Source of the DNA: Plasmodiophora brassicae
Lineage: Eukaryota
DNA length: 64,000 bases
Assembly (NCBI GenBank): GCA_036867785.1
Contig: CP145416.1
Coordinates: 1,054,001 to 1,118,000 of the forward strand
Reading direction: 5' to 3'
Shown here: positions 59,801-64,000 of the stretch, one piece after another
Numbering within the stretch: position 1 is the first letter of the stretch
How the letters are laid out: the number at the start of each line of letters is the position of its first letter
Translations under genes and position numbers: made by a program
The notes under the pieces: generated by a model
The model's database searches: none
Told to the model about the DNA's origin: nothing
Seen by the model: only the letters and a program-made list of their open reading frames with translations

Positions 59801-62800
59801 GATCATCTTGCGGCTGTGCCACAGCAGCAGCCGGTACGCCTTCTTGTCGATGCACACCCCCATGTGGACCGCGCGCTCGGCCCTGGCGTCCAGCTTGCAC
59901 TTCTTTTGCCGCCGGATCCTGACCCACGCCTCGCAACCGAATGGCATCGCCCTCGACAGGTCTGCTTGTTCCCCCGTCAGTTCCTCGATTGGCGTCGTCC
60001 GGTGGCCGTGTCGTTGGAGCGGCACGCGGTTGGCTACCCACGTCTGATGCCGCCCGTTCTCGGTCCAGTACTTGCGCGGGACGCCTGACTGGACACGAGC
60101 TGCGCGCATCATCTTGACAATCTTGCCACCGAACGTCTCCGCGAGACCGTTCTGGTGCGGGCGGTCCGTGTCGCTGAACTCCTGTGCGATTCCCCGCTCG
60201 CGCAGCAGCTTCGCCAGGCGCGTCGAGGTGAACTCGCCGCCCTGGTCGGCGCGGAACGTGTCGACGCGTGTGCCGCCCATGACCTCGAGCCGGGTCAGCA
60301 CGTCCATGACGACTTGCTCCTGGTCACCCTTATTTGCCAGGTTGACCGTGGCACCGACACCAGTCGCGTGGTCAACGTAGCACGCCATGTACGTCTTTCC
60401 GTCATGCGACCTGGTGTCGAACGTCTGCAGGTCCGCCCCGACGATCTGCAGCTTCGAGAGCACCGTCCGTGTCCGTCTCCGCGGGATCGCCGTTCGGTTG
60501 AGGTTGGCCTCGATGCACACCTTGCACCTGGGCACCTCGTCGCTCGCCAGGTCGGCCTCGTCGATGTTGAGACCGGTGATTGCCCCGTTCTTGACTGCCT
60601 TTCTGATCGTGATCGTGGACAGGTGGCCGCACCTCGCGTGCGCCTCCGCCAATGATATCGTTCTGTCGCGCTTTACGTCCGCGGGCTTGCGCGTTTCCTT
60701 CTTCTCGGCCGGCTCCTCCTTGCTCGGGCTCTTGTTTTCTGGCTGGTTTGGATGATCGTGATCGGGGGCGGCCAGCGCCACCCCCGCTACTCGAAATCCT
60801 GGACCTTGTGCAGATCCAGGTAGTACAGGCCCTTGCGGACCGTACTGGTCACGATCGTCCTTCCGGCCCCGTCCAGGAGCCGGGCTGAGCGCGTCTGCTC
60901 ATGGTGCTCCGCGCCCGTCTTGCCGTCCTTGCCGAGCTGCAGGAGTGCCGAACGCACCGCGAAGATGTTCGCGGATGCATCTGGCGCGTACGCGACGTTT
61001 GTCAGCGTGATCGACTTGCCGTTAGCCAGCTTGAGGCGGACGTTGCCCCTGGCATGGACCTTGATTCGCTGCGGGCCGATGCCGCCGATCGTCGGCCGGT
61101 CCTTGTCGGCGATGAAGTCCAGCTCCTCGAAGTGCGCCTTGTGGGTGGACACGTGGCCGCACGTCGCCGCGTTGTCGACGATGAAGTCGCGGATGCCCTT
61201 CCGCGGCGCGTCCTCGACGCCCGCCAGGCTCGTCAGGAGCGCGATCGACGCCGAACCGCCTTCCTCTTTGCCCCCCTTCCGCTTGCCGTTCCTGGCCTTG
61301 CCGCGCTCGGCGTTGCCGGTCTTCTTGCGGCTACGGCAGTCGGCCGCCCTGTGTCCAGCCTTTCCACAGTTGAAGCACTTGCCGGAGAACCCCGTCGTCG
61401 TCATGGCCGCCGAGGAGCCGCTGTCGTCGTCGCCGCGCTCTATCGCTCCCCGCTTGTACTGAGCGAGCACTTCTGCGCGGACCTTGCTTTGCGTCAGCTC
61501 TCCGATGGGACCGCGCAGCATCGCGTTGACTAAGTCCTTGTACTCGGTGTATGGCAGCGAGATAAGGACCTTCGTCGCCATGTCCGACTCAGTCTTCGTC
61601 CGATTCGGATCCGCCCGGGCCAGGTTGATGCCCAGGTCGCGCATCGCCGTCAGGTGCGCCTTGGTCTCCGTGAGGTCGGCGCCCGCCTTAAGCTTTGTTG
61701 TTGACAGAAGAATGTCGAACATCGCCAGGTCCGTGCCCGTTTGGCCGGAATACTCCGTCTGGATGGCGCTCCACGCCAGGTCCGGACGGTCGTCGGGTAT
61801 GTCGAGTATCAAGGGAAGTTCGTCTTCATGCACGTTCTTCTTGATAGCGTACATTGCGTGGAGCCTCTCTTGCTCCGACGCCGGCTCTTCGTTGTGCCCG
61901 CGCGTCGCGGGCTCCACGGCCTTTTGCAGGCCCGACTTCTTGAGCATCGTCGTCATCGACGACGCCCAGACCAGGTAATTGTCCTTGCCCTTCAGCTGGA
62001 CGGAGATCTTGATGCCGGACTCCTTCAGGCCCGTCAGCCTTTCCTTCTGCGCAGCTTCCAGCCGCGCCAGACGATCCTTGAGCGCCGCGTTCTCGCGCTG
62101 GCCGGTCCCGCTCCCGGCCGCCGCTGCTTGCAGACGTTCAACCTCCGCCTCCAGCCGATCCTGCTGCCGCTGGGCCTCGGACAGCGCAGCGCTTATCTGG
62201 GCGATCACGGCCTCTGCTTGGGCCAGGTCGGCTGGGATGCTTGGGATCGTCGCCATCAGAGAGTGGGACTCTTAATCTGATTCAAGCAGTTCGAAGCGCT
62301 TAGGAAAGTGAAAGTCCCCAGTGTATCTAACGTGGGGGAAGCCGACGTCCCCATGACGTCGCACACACAGTGGCACGGTCGCCACTGTGCACCAGTTGCG
62401 TCACGTCGTCGTGACTCATGGGTCGGCCACTGTCGCTAGCCTTCCCATTATGAATCAAGAATGAGCGTGAACTGGATGCCGCAGATCTGAAAGGTTACAT
62501 ATGTTATGATTGCGTGCACAACGCCTATGCAAAGGTCAGGAAACGCCAGTCTAGGCGCTGACATCCACGTACCGATCAAAAGCGAGCACACGACTGTGCG
62601 AACGACGCTCCTCTTGAGACTCTTCACTAGGTTCCTCGTATCTGCCTCAGAGAACGGTGACAAGTCCTCGATCGTGCCCATGTGTGGCTCCGTCAGCAAG
62701 TAGAACAGGAACGACAGGAACGTGACAAATGCGACAATTGCATTGCTTGTACGACTGTCCAGAAAATATATCAATAAGTTCCTGAACCTCCAACAATATG

Positions 62801-63769
62801 CTTGTCATCAACCTGACTAGCGACAACGACACGTTGAGAAACGTTGAGACATGCTGGCCGGCCCAGGCAACCAAAGCAATCGCCTAAAAGATATTGGTCC
62901 AAATGATATAAAAGCTCAATATGCACCAATTCAAGATATACCTGCTCCTTTGCACGATCAGCGTCCCACGGGGGAATTTGCATGCCCCAGGATTTCGCAT
63001 AGGAGACAACGGTCTTGTAGATAGACGACGAGCCAAAGTCGGCAAGAATTTGTTTGATCTCCTCATTGCTTCCGACAAACTCTTGAATGGCTGAAACCAT
63101 AGTGTTTACCTGATTCAAATAATAGCAAATCGATATTGTGGAACGCAGAGACTATGACAGAATTACCTCATCAGCTCCATTTTTCAGAATGATTGCCAAT
63201 GGCATAACGATAAGGAATATAACCAGAACTAAGAGAAGCGATCCGACGACAGTGGCAGAATTCCCGACTAAGAAGAAGATTGCAGCCAGCAAGGTTATGG
63301 TCCAGACGATAACACTGAACAGCGACGGATCGATAGCAATGATGCCCAAGTAGATAGGCAGCAATGCTGCGATAATAAAAGGTCTGTATGGGACAATATA
63401 TGAGGTTGCCCGATGATGCAGATCCATTAGAACTGTTACGAGACAATCAGCTGCGTCTGTAGCGACAATCGCTGCAATAATGAGCTTACAATCCCGAGGC
63501 TTGGCCAGAATCATGAACCAGGTTATAGCCCAGAATAAAGCACCGAGATGTGGCCAGATAATAAGCAGATCGTAGTACAGGACCAGGCCGACAACAATAC
63601 ATATGGCCATCTGCGACAGCTGGTGGAACGTTTTCTGTACCTTCTGACGTTTAACGTCCTCCTCCGTCAGCGCTGTCGCGTTCGTCTCTCCAGACGACAT
63701 CGAATCCGCTGCCAGTCCATCGTCAAACTGCTCCAGCACCTCATCGATCACCGTCTCCGGGCCCGACAT
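56834..63769 (-). CDS. TMEM245: TMEM245-like (AI-2E family) multipass membrane protein, interrupted by a Copia insertion
   Basis: Multi-exon hydrophobic ORFs at 63769-62460 and 57331-56834; C-terminal SYFVGLSVVMGVYVFGPEGIVAG-PLL; frame restored across the TSD (TLILSCLTGILSIMPVMG). Confidence 0.75.
57518..60799 (-). CDS. Copia ORF2: integrase + reverse transcriptase + RNase H, in the -1 frame relative to ORF1
   Basis: HARCGH..CKVC; DQGGEF..NGLAE; HQLDVKTAFLNG, LYGL, VFVDD; DSDFA..EDN..ADALTK; no ATG in front of the HHCC domain. Confidence 0.92.
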   Translation of the reverse strand, partial: GFRVAGVALAAPDHDHPNQPENKSPSKEEPAEKKETRKPADVKRDRTISLAEAHARCGHLSTITIRKAVKNGAITGLNIDEADLASDEVPRCKVCIEANLNRTAIPRRRTRTVLSKLQIVGADLQTFDTRSHDGKTYMACYVDHATGVGATVNLANKGDQEQVVMDVLTRLEVMGGTRVDTFRADQGGEFTSTRLAKLLRERGIAQEFSDTDRPHQNGLAETFGGKIVKMMRAARVQSGVPRKYWTENGRHQTWVANRVPLQRHGHRTTPIEELTGEQADLSRAMPFGCEAWVRIRRQKKCKLDARAERAVHMGVCIDKKAYRLLLWHSRKMIESSDVVFFPNEFPFKDDSGSRGEETRKRQETAQAQLQGGGDGGQDDRHGQEDDGGRDDRVARQDDGDREGRVGQQQGGGQDGRAIQRGGGGDDRARELAGAGEDRHDGRDEQAAQGGGDRGPAAQGVPEPRRSTRIRGAPARFADVDYDGEARRQRAASARAAAGAADNVDQAAAADAVDHDNEANDDPDNEDQVNQDEALENEDSYLEEEDAGNAFLTEYEAENGPDRDKYLAAQVEEMQSLKEAGTYEIVDRPTDAQVLPTMFVHTTKRDEDGEITRHKARFCVKGCCDKFKGQKETYSPTLRYATLRIMVALAAMLGVVIHQLDVKTAFLNGDLPYPIYCEQPKNFVVGGRGKVMKLLKALYGLVEAPKLWYDKLVSVLFEIGFTRVTGDPCLFVMFTTKDGRRQITILGVFVDDFMMFGTDPDVIEYVKAALGKKFKMKDLGIARWILGMRIKQEATRITIDQQQYAKEVVARFQTDIDEAAAGRRLRAPATALPVGQIMPRRTDGVPHQHERYREGVGCLAHLSIGTMPTITHAVSQLSRHLNNPGREHFEAMLHVLRYVQNNTDVGIIYAKSKTPATEFDPMALNKDNVKESEPRAAVDSDFAMDPDTSKSVTGFIVTLMDAAVSWRSKQQSLVATSSAHAEYVAASELAREVVWVRMLLTDIGFTLTDPSIVLEDNTAAEQMVKTLGVTDRNKHIRVKWHYVRECVQEGLLRFERVASKNNPADALTKPTTREPVEVMKRAAGMGRVDLSLAP
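60787..62256 (-). CDS. Copia ORF1: Gag (zinc knuckle) + aspartic protease
   Basis: LKGKDNYLVWASSM; CFNCGKAGHRAADC; FIVDNAATCGH...LTNVAYAP...GLYYLD; ends with TAG. Confidence 0.9.
   Translation of the reverse strand: MATIPSIPADLAQAEAVIAQISAALSEAQRQQDRLEAEVERLQAAAAGSGTGQRENAALKDRLARLEAAQKERLTGLKESGIKISVQLKGKDNYLVWASSMTTMLKKSGLQKAVEPATRGHNEEPASEQERLHAMYAIKKNVHEDELPLILDIPDDRPDLAWSAIQTEYSGQTGTDLAMFDILLSTTKLKAGADLTETKAHLTAMRDLGINLARADPNRTKTESDMATKVLISLPYTEYKDLVNAMLRGPIGELTQSKVRAEVLAQYKRGAIERGDDDSGSSAAMTTTGFSGKCFNCGKAGHRAADCRSRKKTGNAERGKARNGKRKGGKEEGGSASIALLTSLAGVEDAPRKGIRDFIVDNAATCGHVSTHKAHFEELDFIADKDRPTIGGIGPQRIKVHARGNVRLKLANGKSITLTNVAYAPDASANIFAVRSALLQLGKDGKTGAEHHEQTRSARLLDGAGRTIVTSTVRKGLYYLDLHKVQDFE
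62258..62277 (-). promoter_or_regulatory. Primer-binding site complementary to the anticodon arm of tRNA-Lys(CUU)
   Basis: GATTAAGAGTCCCAC immediately after the 5' LTR; its complement TGGGACTCTTAATC matches the eukaryotic tRNA-Lys CTT anticodon stem-loop as I recall it. Confidence 0.75.
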
Positions 63770-64000
63770 CGCCTATATCACCCGTCGCCGCGGGCGCTGC
63801 CAGCGTATCGTGCAGCAGCAAAACCGGGCACACACGACCCGTGTTGAAAATAGTGTCGCGGTCCAGACTCCATCACGTTCGGCAGGACGTCAAGGCAGTC
63901 CCAGGAAAGAATTTATTTTTCAGAAGGCGAAGAGGCGATCAGGGGACGCTGCGAAGCGCATTGGAGGTCGGCTTCGGGGCGACGACGACGACGGGCCCGC

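Larger units (their letters stand above)
57332..62457 (-). mobile_element. Full-length Ty1/Copia LTR retrotransposon
   Basis: 180-bp LTRs at 57332-57511 and 62278-62457 (TGATTCA...TGAATCA), identical by eye; 5-bp TSD agaat. Confidence 0.97.

Noticed and set aside
58829-60088. 419-aa + strand ORF and other long overlapping ORFs across the Copia element
   Set aside because: Antisense shadow of GC-rich pol coding sequence; no recognisable motifs.
60781-60789. Stop-codon readthrough of the Copia ORF1 TAG
   Set aside because: In-frame readthrough gives a short Arg-rich peptide ending in TAA; the integrase is in the -1 frame.
62257-62277. tRNA-Lys gene
   Set aside because: Only the anticodon-arm segment is present, with no acceptor stem or T arm; it is explained as a PBS.

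Overview
Eukaryotic, GC-rich (about 58-60% by eye), gene-dense genomic DNA with many short GT-AG introns of roughly 50-70 nt. The style (compact housekeeping genes, 7TM receptors, small secreted proteins, oomycete-like TE families) suggests a plasmodiophorid protist such as Plasmodiophora brassicae; this is inference only. About 25 host genes are supported, most with a recognisable family: ZNF207/BuGZ, a signal-peptide kinase, UPF0193, COG2, a PA-domain 7TM protein, a TM-anchored FG nucleoporin, a Rho GTPase, NDUFA2, UFL1, TBC1D13, ADA, SDA1, NDUFB3, an M17 leucyl aminopeptidase, NAP/SET, ALG3, TBP, CMC1, two lectin-like secreted paralogues, CCDC130, NAR1 and TMEM245. Three mobile-DNA islands carry the most interesting signals. 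(1) 11.8-20.5 kb: a nested stack (mariner > miniature LTR element with a Tf1-like self-priming PBS > hAT-like TIR element > Harbinger MITE plus an intact chromodomain Gypsy), with target-site duplications readable at each layer. (2) 30.9-36.4 kb: a Mutator-like element (9-bp TSD, long TIRs) encoding a GCM DNA-binding domain and DDE transposase followed by two tandem USP/papain-type cysteine-protease domains and a PARP-like zinc finger. (3) 57.3-62.5 kb: a young Copia element inserted in a coding exon of TMEM245, with a half-tRNA-Lys(CUU) primer site and an apparent -1 ribosomal frameshift signal placed between protease and integrase. Intron-containing gene spans are given start codon to stop codon; exon boundaries were inferred by eye.
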